Shown: in pieces, positions 55,800 to 64,000 of the stretch | How the letters are laid out: every line of letters begins with the position of its first letter | Position numbering within the stretch: position 1 is the first letter of the stretch | From: a virus | Length of the DNA stretch: 64,000 nucleotides | Direction: 5' to 3' (one strand) | IMG/VR virus record: IMGVR_UViG_3300043470_000815 | Notes under the pieces: generated by a model | Told to the model about the DNA's origin: nothing | The model's database searches: none | What the model saw: the letters and a program-made list of their open reading frames with translations, nothing else | Translations under genes and position numbers: made by a program

Positions 55800-56762
55800 C
55801 TAAAGTTTTTTTTTATCTTCTTCCGATGGTGGGGGAGGGTTAATGACAGAATCAATCATTTCATTAACTTTACTTTTGCGTGGACGACCTAGTTTTTTAT
55901 TAACAGCACGTGGTTTTTTGACTGGTTCTGTTTGTTCTTCAATAACAACTGGTGGTTCTTCGGTTTTTGTTTCTTTGGGTGGTTGGATCGAAAAATAAAC
56001 CCACAACAAACACAATGCAACTGGATCAAATATCAATATTATCAGTAATAAAAAATAATTTACAACCGAATCCATATTGATACCCGAAACGGTAGAAATA
56101 AATTTCAGTGGCCCAAGTTCAGATGTTGCCGTACTTGAATATTCAGTTTCAATCATTTTTAAAGTAAATGAACCGATACTATCATTAACATTTAATATCT
56201 TTTGTTCCAATGAAGTTTTATCTAACAATGCTTTATCAAGTTGATTTTGAACTCCAGTCTTATTAGAACTTATAATATTTGTAATAACTTTTCCGTTAAC
56301 GACCTGCTGTGTTTGGTTGTCCGTTGAAAGTGCTGACCTAAGTTTTTCAATTGATGAATTGACTGAAACAAGTTGGGTTTGTAATTCCTGTTTGGTTGTG
56401 TCAAATAATTGTTTCTTTGTTTTTATTAAAGATACCTTAGTTTGCACGTAATTGTCCTTAGATTTAGTTATTGAATATCCATCGGATAATAAGCCGTAAA
56501 TACCTAAAGATGTCAATACAGACAAAATTATCAATGAACCGATTAAGTAATTCCTTAGATTTTTATTCAAGGCTTCATATTCGGTTTTCAATACCGTTGC
56601 AATTAACAACTTACCAATTGCAAACCCAACCCCCATTAAAATTATAATAATCTTATAATCACTCCCACCCAACAGTTTAGTTAAACCAAAAATGGAAATA
56701 AATTCAGCAATAATCGAAATGAAAATTGCTGAAATTAAAATATATTTTCTGTATTTATACAT
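55800..56762 (-). CDS. Membrane protein with a coiled coil (possible -1 extension to 55711)
   Basis: Three N-terminal and one C-terminal hydrophobic segments; A9 run immediately before the stop. Confidence 0.65.
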   Translation of the reverse strand: MYKYRKYILISAIFISIIAEFISIFGLTKLLGGSDYKIIIILMGVGFAIGKLLIATVLKTEYEALNKNLRNYLIGSLIILSVLTSLGIYGLLSDGYSITKSKDNYVQTKVSLIKTKKQLFDTTKQELQTQLVSVNSSIEKLRSALSTDNQTQQVVNGKVITNIISSNKTGVQNQLDKALLDKTSLEQKILNVNDSIGSFTLKMIETEYSSTATSELGPLKFISTVSGINMDSVVNYFLLLIILIFDPVALCLLWVYFSIQPPKETKTEEPPVVIEEQTEPVKKPRAVNKKLGRPRKSKVNEMIDSVINPPPPSEEDKKKL

Positions 56763-56823
56763 GTATATAAGTTATGGTATCTCTTACCAAAAAACAAGGC
56801 TATTAACAAGTTGTTAACATAAA

Positions 56824-57801
56824 TTAGACATTTTTGTTTAACCATTCAAAATACCAAACACGTGCTTTATTGGATACGGCTTTCATAATCTTTTTCACAT
56901 CCAACCCGTTTTGAACAATTGTATCCGTTTCTTCTTTAATAATATCATCAGCGACCCATTTAAGAAATGCTCCAGTTGTCTTTTCAGATACAACAATATC
57001 GTTAGATTTCATAATATCAATTCCTTGATTAAGGCGATTTTCAGTAAGTGCATATGTTACAAATTCATTGATGCTGTTTAATTCATCAACATCGACGGAT
57101 GCAAGTGTTGTGCGGTTGCTTGGAGAGTGTTTCTTACCAACCGATTTGAATACATAACGATGTCCATTATATTCAGTACTAAATACAATTCCTTCACCAA
57201 CCCCACAGACACCCATTTGTTTACCAACTGGACATTCATTTTCGACCGCAATGGTCAAATCAATAATTTCATTTTGCGAAAGTTCGGGATTGTTAAAATC
57301 AACTGTTACTTGGTAGGTTGGGAATTGACGAATATCCCAAATACCATATTCATTGTTATGTCGGGTAATATTGTTGACCCAAACATCGTCAATTTTCCAC
57401 CCAAAGATTACAAACATTCGAGGTAATTCACTAACAGCAACACCTTTTTGTATTCCTTTTCCGCACCATTCACCGTAAACTGCAATGTGATCGTTAAATT
57501 TAATTCCAGCAAATAGAAAATCTAAATCTACATTTGACATGAACAACTTGAATCCCATATTATCAGACGTTAATTCGAGTTCGCGTTCACGGGATTGGAA
57601 CTTGGTCGTGCCGTCTTTATACCTGACAATAGCGGCGTTCGTGCCATGAATTTTGACCGTTCCATTAAACGTTAAGGTCGGATAAGGCGAAGTGTGCTGG
57701 TAGATTGCTTCATCATTTTGATCCTTACCTTGGTAATCGTGATTAGTTTTGACCGCCCGAATAACGTTACGGAACTGGTCAATTGAAGGGTATTTTTTCA
57801 T
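56824..57801 (-). CDS. RNA ligase 2 family
   Basis: TVKIHGTN, YGEWCG, FVIFG, GEGIV, FKSV ligase motifs I-V. Confidence 0.88.
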   Translation of the reverse strand: MKKYPSIDQFRNVIRAVKTNHDYQGKDQNDEAIYQHTSPYPTLTFNGTVKIHGTNAAIVRYKDGTTKFQSRERELELTSDNMGFKLFMSNVDLDFLFAGIKFNDHIAVYGEWCGKGIQKGVAVSELPRMFVIFGWKIDDVWVNNITRHNNEYGIWDIRQFPTYQVTVDFNNPELSQNEIIDLTIAVENECPVGKQMGVCGVGEGIVFSTEYNGHRYVFKSVGKKHSPSNRTTLASVDVDELNSINEFVTYALTENRLNQGIDIMKSNDIVVSEKTTGAFLKWVADDIIKEETDTIVQNGLDVKKIMKAVSNKARVWYFEWLNKNV

Positions 57802-57831
57802 AGATAAAATATTCTATTTTATTTTTAATTT

Positions 57832-58044
57832 TTAAATTTTAAAATAGCGTTTAAAAAATGTTTCAACTGTCATATAACTTAAAATTGTGACAATTATTAA
57901 AAGTACCAGTTCGATCCACCACCCAATTTCAAACAGACTATTAATTGAAATATTATAGTATTCAAAGAATGGTTTAAGAATGTAATAGTGTATAAGGGTA
58001 TTTACTATTATTGCAAATAATGTTTTGAATATTTTATAGTTCAT
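57832..58044 (-). CDS. Small membrane protein
   Basis: Two hydrophobic segments. Confidence 0.5.
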   Translation of the reverse strand: MNYKIFKTLFAIIVNTLIHYYILKPFFEYYNISINSLFEIGWWIELVLLIIVTILSYMTVETFFKRYFKI

Positions 58045-58253
58045 GCGTTAAATTTTTGTAAAAAGTATTCCAATTCTACTTGGTAGATTGGATAATGATA
58101 AAAATATTCTTGTGTCATTTCAAATGCTGTTTGAATCAATTCACTAAATTCAAGTTTACCTGAATCATGTCGTAGTAATCCATCCAAACAGCCTTGATAA
58201 TATGCAGATATTGTACTTAATTTAAATTGGGATACTTCTGTTAAGTTAGACAT
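58041..58253 (-). CDS. Hypothetical protein
   Basis: 70 aa ORF coupled to its neighbours. Confidence 0.5.
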   Translation of the reverse strand: MSNLTEVSQFKLSTISAYYQGCLDGLLRHDSGKLEFSELIQTAFEMTQEYFYHYPIYQVELEYFLQKFNA

Positions 58254-58420
58254 ACGGTAATCAATAAATTTGTTAATAAAACGATTACAAATTGAACCAC
58301 CATCACGGTTAATGCATCAATGCCTTGTAATGGTTTATATGAATATTGATTTGGTTGGTGGGGTATATCTTTCCATATAAAATATAGCCCAATATAAGGT
58401 ATTAAGTATTTTAGTTTCAT
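58241..58420 (-). CDS. Small membrane protein (not in the track)
   Basis: 59 aa, MKLKYLIPYIGLYFIW...VVQFVIVLLTNLLITVCLT; fills the gap. Confidence 0.45.
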   Translation of the reverse strand: MKLKYLIPYIGLYFIWKDIPHQPNQYSYKPLQGIDALTVMVVQFVIVLLTNLLITVCLT

Positions 58421-58426
58421 TTTTTA

Positions 58427-58630
58427 TTAATTAAATTCTTTTTGTGTTTTTATAAAAATAATGTTATCTGATGAATCCGTAATTATTCCACCTGATTCAT
58501 CCCACAATTCTTTTAGTTGATGCAATGAATAACTACACCATACTGGCTGGTGGGCGTAAGTTCTAAGTTTGAAATATTCACCAATAAAATTAAATGTTAA
58601 ATATGGGTTATTAATGTCTCTATGTTCCAT
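58427..58630 (-). CDS. Hypothetical protein
   Basis: 67 aa ORF. Confidence 0.45.
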   Translation of the reverse strand: MEHRDINNPYLTFNFIGEYFKLRTYAHQPVWCSYSLHQLKELWDESGGIITDSSDNIIFIKTQKEFN

Positions 58631-58678
58631 TAATTAAATCTTTGATTTAATCGGTTAATAAAATTAAAATTTTATGTT

Positions 58679-59140
58679 TTATAATTTAATGTTAAATCTA
58701 TCACGCATTTTTAATATCGTTTCGTCAGGTACGTTGTGGTTATTTTTATTTCCGTGACGATTTTCTACAATTATCGTAAATACATCGTAATCATATTTTT
58801 TAGCCAAATCGAAATACGGTTGCATTTCCCATTCAGTTGTGAATGTATTTGCGATAAAGATTTTAAATTTATCGTCTCCTGCAAAATATGTATCATGTTT
58901 AAATGGATCGTTATATTTTATACTTCCGACATTTCCCCACATTAAACCTTCACATTGATCTTGACACCATTTATGTGCATCCTTAATTTTAGTTATATCA
59001 AAGTTATAATTCCCATCCGATTCTTCAAAATACATATCAGCACTTAGTGCTGGATATTTACCATTTTCGGATAATAAATTGGCAAGAGTGGTTTTACCAG
59101 CACCGGGTAACCCGCGAATTAAAAAAAGTGATTTATTCAT
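58679..59140 (-). CDS. P-loop polynucleotide-kinase-like protein (AAA_33)
   Basis: LIRGLPGAGKTT, SADMYF, ANTFT, HNVPDE. Confidence 0.82.
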   Translation of the reverse strand: MNKSLFLIRGLPGAGKTTLANLLSENGKYPALSADMYFEESDGNYNFDITKIKDAHKWCQDQCEGLMWGNVGSIKYNDPFKHDTYFAGDDKFKIFIANTFTTEWEMQPYFDLAKKYDYDVFTIIVENRHGNKNNHNVPDETILKMRDRFNIKL

Positions 59141-59157
59141 TGTTTAAAAGTAAAATT

Positions 59158-59376
59158 TTATCGAAAAGATTCTAACAATAGAATCTGTGAATTGTATAAT
59201 TTCATCGAATCGCGATACCAATCTCCATATTCCCTATACCGATAATCTATATAAAATCCGTATTTTTTAGGTAAGACATTAAGCATTTCCAAATCTTTTT
59301 CATCTTCAATATTCAATAAAGTTTGAACCCAATCAACTATACGTTGGGAACGGTTATTAGAATTACAAAGTATCAT
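59158..59376 (-). CDS. Hypothetical protein
   Basis: 72 aa ORF. Confidence 0.45.
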   Translation of the reverse strand: MILCNSNNRSQRIVDWVQTLLNIEDEKDLEMLNVLPKKYGFYIDYRYREYGDWYRDSMKLYNSQILLLESFR

Positions 59377-59379
59377 AAA

Positions 59380-59784
59380 TTATTTAAGTTTTTCAATAAG
59401 TGAATAATATTCATCAACATTCGGGGTTGGGAGTGTATCGTAGTATTCTTTTTCAATAAATCGCAATTCGGAAACAATATACTTTACAATTGCAGTATCA
59501 TAATGATATTCTACGGCAGATTTATCAGTACCTAACCAATAATTATATCCTTTTACAATATACCCAAACCGCCAGCAACTTGCGGGATGAATCGCTAATA
59601 AAAATTTTGCAGTTTGGAACGGTGTAAAATCGGGTGGTAAGTTATTTAAAATAATTTTTAAACAATCTTCGTTTAAGAATGGATTATAACCATCCAACCG
59701 TAAAATAATTGCCAAATCATTCCAAATATCATCTGTTTTTGGATACCAGCCTTTAGCGTATAAAAGTAAGTGTTTCAGTTTCAT
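59380..59784 (-). CDS. Hypothetical protein
   Basis: 134 aa ORF directly after palindrome A. Confidence 0.55.
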   Translation of the reverse strand: MKLKHLLLYAKGWYPKTDDIWNDLAIILRLDGYNPFLNEDCLKIILNNLPPDFTPFQTAKFLLAIHPASCWRFGYIVKGYNYWLGTDKSAVEYHYDTAIVKYIVSELRFIEKEYYDTLPTPNVDEYYSLIEKLK

Positions 59785-59786
59785 AA

Positions 59787-59831
59787 ATTAAATCTGCGAT
59801 TTAATAGGTTAATAAAATAGAATATTTTATT
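59787..59831. repeat. Palindromes A and B, second locus
   Basis: 29 bp identical to 47180-47208, followed by element B in inverted orientation. Confidence 0.85.
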
Positions 59832-60042
59832 TTTTATCATTTAAAGTCATTGAAAAATAATTTTCCAACAACGTGTGAATTGATATAAATCCATAACAAA
59901 GTACGAACATTATTCCCGCTTCCCAATAAATCTGACCTTTACCAGTTAAATGATATGCCATCCAAGAAATAGTAAAATAAACGCCTGATAATAATCCAAA
60001 TATTATAAGTGGTGTAATTGATAATGATAGTATTTTTTTCAT
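59827..60042 (-). CDS. Small membrane protein
   Basis: Two hydrophobic segments. Confidence 0.5.
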   Translation of the reverse strand: MKKILSLSITPLIIFGLLSGVYFTISWMAYHLTGKGQIYWEAGIMFVLCYGFISIHTLLENYFSMTLNDKK

Positions 60043-60069
60043 AAAAAGTTAAATTAGTAATTAATAGTA

Positions 60070-60100
60070 CAAAGATACATGGGTTGGGTGGTTTATGCAA
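60070..60100 (-). promoter_or_regulatory. Bacteroidota-type sigma70 promoter
   Basis: TTGC, 19 nt spacer, TATCTTTG; upstream AAAATGTTAATGG is shared with the 62044 promoter. Confidence 0.85.
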
Positions 60101-60146
60101 TACCATTAACATTTTATTAATGATTTAACTTTTAAAAAACGTCGAA

Positions 60147-60317
60147 TTACTTTTTCAACCGTATAGGGCCGCAAATTTCATTATAATATTTTACGGCTTC
60201 TATGTATGTCCAAAAACGGTGTACTTCAAAATGATCTTCGCCATTTTCGGTATAAGCATAATCCCAAATTTTCCATTGATTATTGTCGGGATTAAATTGT
60301 GGTTCATGTGTTTTCAT
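60147..60317 (-). CDS. Small hypothetical protein (not in the track)
   Basis: 56 aa, MKTHEPQFNPDNNQWKIWDYAY... Confidence 0.45.
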   Translation of the reverse strand: MKTHEPQFNPDNNQWKIWDYAYTENGEDHFEVHRFWTYIEAVKYYNEICGPIRLKK

Positions 60318-60318
60318 A

Positions 60319-60950
60319 CTAATGATGGTCTATTTCGTTATAATATTGTCGGTCTTTTAGCAATTCAATCACGTCAGTCAATTTATATGGCTTTAGATCA
60401 TTTCCATCCACCCCAATATCCATTTGACGACCATTACCAAAACGATTATCACCCTGCCAATGTTGATGACCATGAAGTTGGTATGTGCCTTTACGGATTT
60501 CATTCCATGATGAAATTTTAAAATGAAACAGTACGAGTTTTACTTTTTCGATTTCAATTTCAAGATACTTTTGACGTGACGCGAACAAGTGATCCCATTT
60601 TCCTTTTTCTTGATGTGGATCGTGATTCCCGGTAATAAGATGTATTTCCTTAACATTCAACATGTTACGAAATATTTCAATGTTTTGCTCACCCGCGAAC
60701 GACCAATCCCCCAAGTGAAATAAAATTCCATCGTCAGGGATTAAAGTGTTAAAATTGTCTGCCATTTTTTGGGTCATTTCAAGCGGCGTATCAAAATCCC
60801 TAATTTTTAAGTCATTGCCGTTAATTGACCATTCGGTTGTACCACGCGTGATGTTTTTATGGAACGCATGTGTCAAGTGTCCGAGGTAATCCATACTCTT
60901 TCTAAAAGAGATTTACTGGACACCCCGGACATAATAGTGTTTTTTGTCAT
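60319..60950 (-). pseudogene. Calcineurin-like phosphoesterase interrupted by 5 extra nt in motif I (pseudogene or recoded gene)
   Basis: ATG 60950 frame gives RVWITSDT*. The track frame gives HAFHKNI...FHLGDW...ITGNHD...LFHF...LHGHQH. Skipping 5 nt restores WITSDTH. Confidence 0.75.
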
Positions 60951-60963
60951 TTTAATTTAATAT

Positions 60964-61410
60964 TTAAAACTCGTTATTATTATAAATTGATGTTCTCGGT
61001 TTAGGTAAAAATTTCATACCACAATTTGGATAGTTTTTTCGGTATTCTGCCAAAAATTTTGTTGCTTTTTTTATACCATTTGACTGTTTGTATTCATCAT
61101 CAGTATCACCATCAAATTCAAAAACTTTACCAATATCTTCGGGATTTATAGATTCATCATCATAAACCATTACATAAGACTGTGTTGGAAATTTACCAGT
61201 TTCTAAAAATTCGATAAATCTCCACCCATGTCGTTGAATACAATGTTCACCGTTCCACCACATACGAAACTTTTTAAGTTTACCATTTTCAACAAAACAA
61301 ATATCAACAATTTCCTTTGTATAAGTAAACCAAATTTTAGTTTCGTCAAAGTTTGTAACAAATGTTTTGAATGCTTTTTCAAAAGCAGGTTTAGTTCGGT
61401 AATCTTTCAT
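60964..61410 (-). CDS. Hypothetical protein
   Basis: 148 aa ORF. Confidence 0.55.
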   Translation of the reverse strand: MKDYRTKPAFEKAFKTFVTNFDETKIWFTYTKEIVDICFVENGKLKKFRMWWNGEHCIQRHGWRFIEFLETGKFPTQSYVMVYDDESINPEDIGKVFEFDGDTDDEYKQSNGIKKATKFLAEYRKNYPNCGMKFLPKPRTSIYNNNEF

Positions 61411-61656
61411 TTATAATTTATAGTTATCTGTAAGTTGAACATAAACTTCAACGGTAATAAACATAGAGGCACAACTTGTATCACCAACCGTATAAATATT
61501 TGCTGGTTTATAGTTGTTTTTATGGGTTGGTTGGGTAGTTGTTAAAAAACTAATTTTACCCGATTTATTAGCATAACTATTAAACGCAGTGTCTAGTTTA
61601 GTAATATCACCACCCATCTTTAAATAGGTATCCAAACTTATTTTAATTTTTTCCAT
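61411..61656 (-). CDS. Hypothetical protein
   Basis: 81 aa ORF. Confidence 0.5.
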   Translation of the reverse strand: MEKIKISLDTYLKMGGDITKLDTAFNSYANKSGKISFLTTTQPTHKNNYKPANIYTVGDTSCASMFITVEVYVQLTDNYKL

Positions 61657-61659
61657 GAT

Positions 61660-62001
61660 TTAATATTTTTCAATGTTTACTAATCCTAAATCTCGAAAAT
61701 CGGATTTTAATCCTAGTTCATTAGGCAATTTACCACAATAATCTTCAAACATATATATGATTTCCAATGCTTTTGAATCATCAATGGGTACACCATCCAC
61801 CCGCCAACCACCATCGTCAATTGTAGTAATATTTACAGAACTGTTACTACCTGTGAAAATAGAAATGTTTAAAATACCAGCATCGTAGTCATAAACACCT
61901 TTAAAATCACCTGTTAAAAAAACTGCTTGATAAATATCTCCATGCGTTTTTTTAAATTTAGATGATTCTTTTAATATTGCGTGTAATTCGCGTATTGTCA
62001 T
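61660..62001 (-). CDS. Hypothetical protein
   Basis: 113 aa ORF, first gene after a promoter. Confidence 0.55.
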   Translation of the reverse strand: MTIRELHAILKESSKFKKTHGDIYQAVFLTGDFKGVYDYDAGILNISIFTGSNSSVNITTIDDGGWRVDGVPIDDSKALEIIYMFEDYCGKLPNELGLKSDFRDLGLVNIEKY

Positions 62002-62043
62002 ATTTTTTTAATAAAATTTTAATTTTATCTTTTAATTATACTG

Positions 62044-62074
62044 CAAAGATAGGTAGGTGGGGTGGAATGTACAA
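62044..62074 (-). promoter_or_regulatory. Bacteroidota-type sigma70 promoter
   Basis: TTGT, 19 nt spacer, TATCTTTG. Confidence 0.85.
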
Positions 62075-62079
62075 CCCCA

Positions 62080-62526
62080 TTAACATTTTGTTATCAAATT
62101 TAAGGCTTTAAACAATCCAACCTCCAGTGCTTGTTCAAATGTTATAAATCCTTGAAATTCACCAATTAATTGAATCTGTTCATCGTCATAAGTCTGACCA
62201 TCGTGGATATTTTTTGCATCAAATTTATCAATATTATACAAATAACCCAATTTTTCTTTGCGATTGTAGAAGTTTACAGTAACATAAACTTCGATATTAT
62301 GTTCATCCCTAAGCCATTTTTGAAGTATAACTTGTGATGGAGCAGAGATCATTGGAAATTTTAATTTACCTAACCCGTTTTCAATTTCAGAATTACACCA
62401 TTCATCTTCGTAATGGCGACTTAATTCACAATGTTCAACATCATAATAAAAGGCAGAATTTTCATTAAAACCTTTAGTCTTTGCTAGGTTGGCAGTTTGA
62501 TATTTTACAATTTCTTGAGTAACCAT
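62080..62526 (-). CDS. Conserved phage hypothetical protein
   Basis: APSQVILQKWLRDEHNIEV...FEQALEVGL pattern. Confidence 0.55.
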   Translation of the reverse strand: MVTQEIVKYQTANLAKTKGFNENSAFYYDVEHCELSRHYEDEWCNSEIENGLGKLKFPMISAPSQVILQKWLRDEHNIEVYVTVNFYNRKEKLGYLYNIDKFDAKNIHDGQTYDDEQIQLIGEFQGFITFEQALEVGLFKALNLITKC

Positions 62527-62540
62527 ATCTTTTCAAATTT

Positions 62541-62810
62541 TTAATAATCCCATTCGGAATCGTTGATTCGATAACCATTTTCGCGAAGTAATGATACAAG
62601 TTCAACAGCACATTTTGGACACAATTCCATTTGTTGTAGATCACCTCCCCCACATTCGGGAAATGCCTCGCCTGTTTTATGTTTAAATTCGCAATTAAAC
62701 GCATCATAACTGTCTATGTGTATTTTATTATTACATTTGTCGCAAAGTGTATAACTTTCAATAGTTACTTCCACTTCTTTTAATTGCGTTTCGGTTTTTA
62801 TTATTTGCAT
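62541..62810 (-). CDS. Small zinc-ribbon protein
   Basis: CDKC ... CPKC. Confidence 0.55.
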   Translation of the reverse strand: MQIIKTETQLKEVEVTIESYTLCDKCNNKIHIDSYDAFNCEFKHKTGEAFPECGGGDLQQMELCPKCAVELVSLLRENGYRINDSEWDY

Positions 62811-62815
62811 ATATT

Positions 62816-63862
62816 TTAAATCTTTTCAAATTTAGGTTTAATCAAGTTCCAAATTAACTTATCGGTCAATTCGGTGTTATTATCGTATTTCGCGAATAGA
62901 ATTTTTGGATAAATTTTAATAAAATATATTTTACTACATTCATTTACAAATTTTGCAAATTCCTTTCGGGTGGTTGTTTCATGTTTTTGAAATAAATAAT
63001 CATAATACGAATTAATATCCCTAAACCATAATTTCAAATTATTTTCATACTGTTTAATTTTATCATAAAATTCATCAGGTACATCATTCAATATCGAAGA
63101 GACTGGTTTACCATCCCGTAACGCTTCCCAAACCGCCGTAGTTGAAAGATTAGTCATTTGCCGATGTAACCGTACATAATCTGCAAATTTGATCTTACAC
63201 CGATTACCATTAGCAAATTTAACGACAAATCCTTCGTGGTTTTGCCAGTTTAAAGATTTCAAATCTGAATAAGATGTATAAGGATATTTTTTTACATAAT
63301 TTAACCCATATTGTAGGGTATAATCAGCAAGTCCGTCAAAGTATTCGATTTTACCTGTTGGGTGGAAAATTCCAGTTAAAATTAGGTCGGGTTGCTCATA
63401 TTTAACAACAATTTGTTCAAATCCTACCAATTCAAAACAATATGTTAATAATTTGGCCCGACAATTTAGTGCAAAATCCTTATATTTTTCAAACAATATT
63501 CTTTTAGCCTCAACCGCGTAAGGTGAAGTAAATGAGCCACGCGAATTTACAACCAATTCATTATTATACCAAAAAATTCCGATGTACTGTCCGTCTAATT
63601 TGGAATAGACTTCAAACTGGTCGGTTGGAGTGTGTCGATTTTCTTCCAAGTTAAAGAATTTTTTGAATCCCTTGGAAATGATATTACCTTCATAATCTGT
63701 AACCAGTCCACGACATTCAATTAATAATGGATATTCGTCCCACAAATTTTCATATTGAACTTTGGCAGTATAATTCCAAATGTGTAAGGATAAGGTTGGG
63801 TGGGATTGAACCGTAACTAACCCATCCTGTAAATATTGCTTTAGTATTTGTTTATTTATCAT
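62816..63862 (-). CDS. RNA ligase 1 (T4 RnlA family)
   Basis: IWNYT, ECRGLV, KKFFNLEE, SKLDG, SRGSF, CFEL, HEGFVV, KIK. Confidence 0.9.
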   Translation of the reverse strand: MINKQILKQYLQDGLVTVQSHPTLSLHIWNYTAKVQYENLWDEYPLLIECRGLVTDYEGNIISKGFKKFFNLEENRHTPTDQFEVYSKLDGQYIGIFWYNNELVVNSRGSFTSPYAVEAKRILFEKYKDFALNCRAKLLTYCFELVGFEQIVVKYEQPDLILTGIFHPTGKIEYFDGLADYTLQYGLNYVKKYPYTSYSDLKSLNWQNHEGFVVKFANGNRCKIKFADYVRLHRQMTNLSTTAVWEALRDGKPVSSILNDVPDEFYDKIKQYENNLKLWFRDINSYYDYLFQKHETTTRKEFAKFVNECSKIYFIKIYPKILFAKYDNNTELTDKLIWNLIKPKFEKI

Positions 63863-64000
63863 TTTATTTTATATTTTTTTCACGAATAAAATATTATTTT
63901 ATTTCTAATTGTTTAACTTGATTCATTATTTTATCAGTAAGTTCTTTCATTTCCGAAACTCGAATAGAATCTTCTTTAAATGTATCTTCAACTGCTTTCA

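Noticed and set aside
58241-59784. MKLKYL and MKLKHLLL starts as cargo leaders
   Set aside because: They lack the terminal Glu and lie in the early region; they show that MKL alone is not diagnostic.
1867-61416. All plus-strand ORFs in the track and short minus-strand ORFs nested in longer genes
   Set aside because: They lie within well-supported minus-strand genes, have no motifs, and look like shadow frames.
1-64000. CRISPR array, tRNA or rRNA genes, DGR/retron reverse transcriptase
   Set aside because: No regularly spaced repeats, no T-loop/cloverleaf signatures and no RT motifs were seen by eye. tRNAscan-SE and minCED would confirm.
1-64000. Alternative genetic code (TAG or TGA reassignment)
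   Set aside because: Core genes are full length in the standard code, TAG and TGA end normal genes, and readthrough would not fix the frame at 60875 or 55800.

Overview
A 64 kb, AT-rich (roughly 30% GC by eye) segment of a T4-like jumbo myophage. Essentially all real genes are on the minus strand. The host is most likely a Bacteroidota bacterium: five promoters match or closely resemble the TTG(N)-19 nt-TAnnTTTG consensus (four exact at -7), most starts lack SD sites, and a bS21 gene sits among the head genes. In gene order (right to left) the window holds an early accessory/RNA-repair region (Rnl1, Rnl2, P-loop kinase, phosphoesterase, HD protein); a gp55-like late sigma factor; baseplate/tail genes; a primase plus a single-chain Mre11-Rad50 (gp47-gp46) fusion; terminase, portal, prohead protease, bS21, scaffold and major capsid protein; a zinc-finger Hef-like endonuclease; PhoH; and tail-fibre-like genes. 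Not explained by the ORF track: (1) a complete ORF-less group I intron splitting a virion gene (39826-40095); (2) a terminase split by an atypical split intein (32 aa IntN, 105 aa IntC) around a free-standing endonuclease, with a probable AUU start; (3) about 17 unrelated proteins sharing short helical leaders ending in Glu, which look like a capsid-targeting/protease-cleavage cargo system, some in cassettes flanked by direct repeats; (4) strong SD sites confined to head/packaging genes next to bS21; (5) three candidate recoding or interruption sites; (6) several dispersed non-coding repeats. No tRNA, rRNA or CRISPR array was seen. Family assignments come from motif recognition, not database searches.
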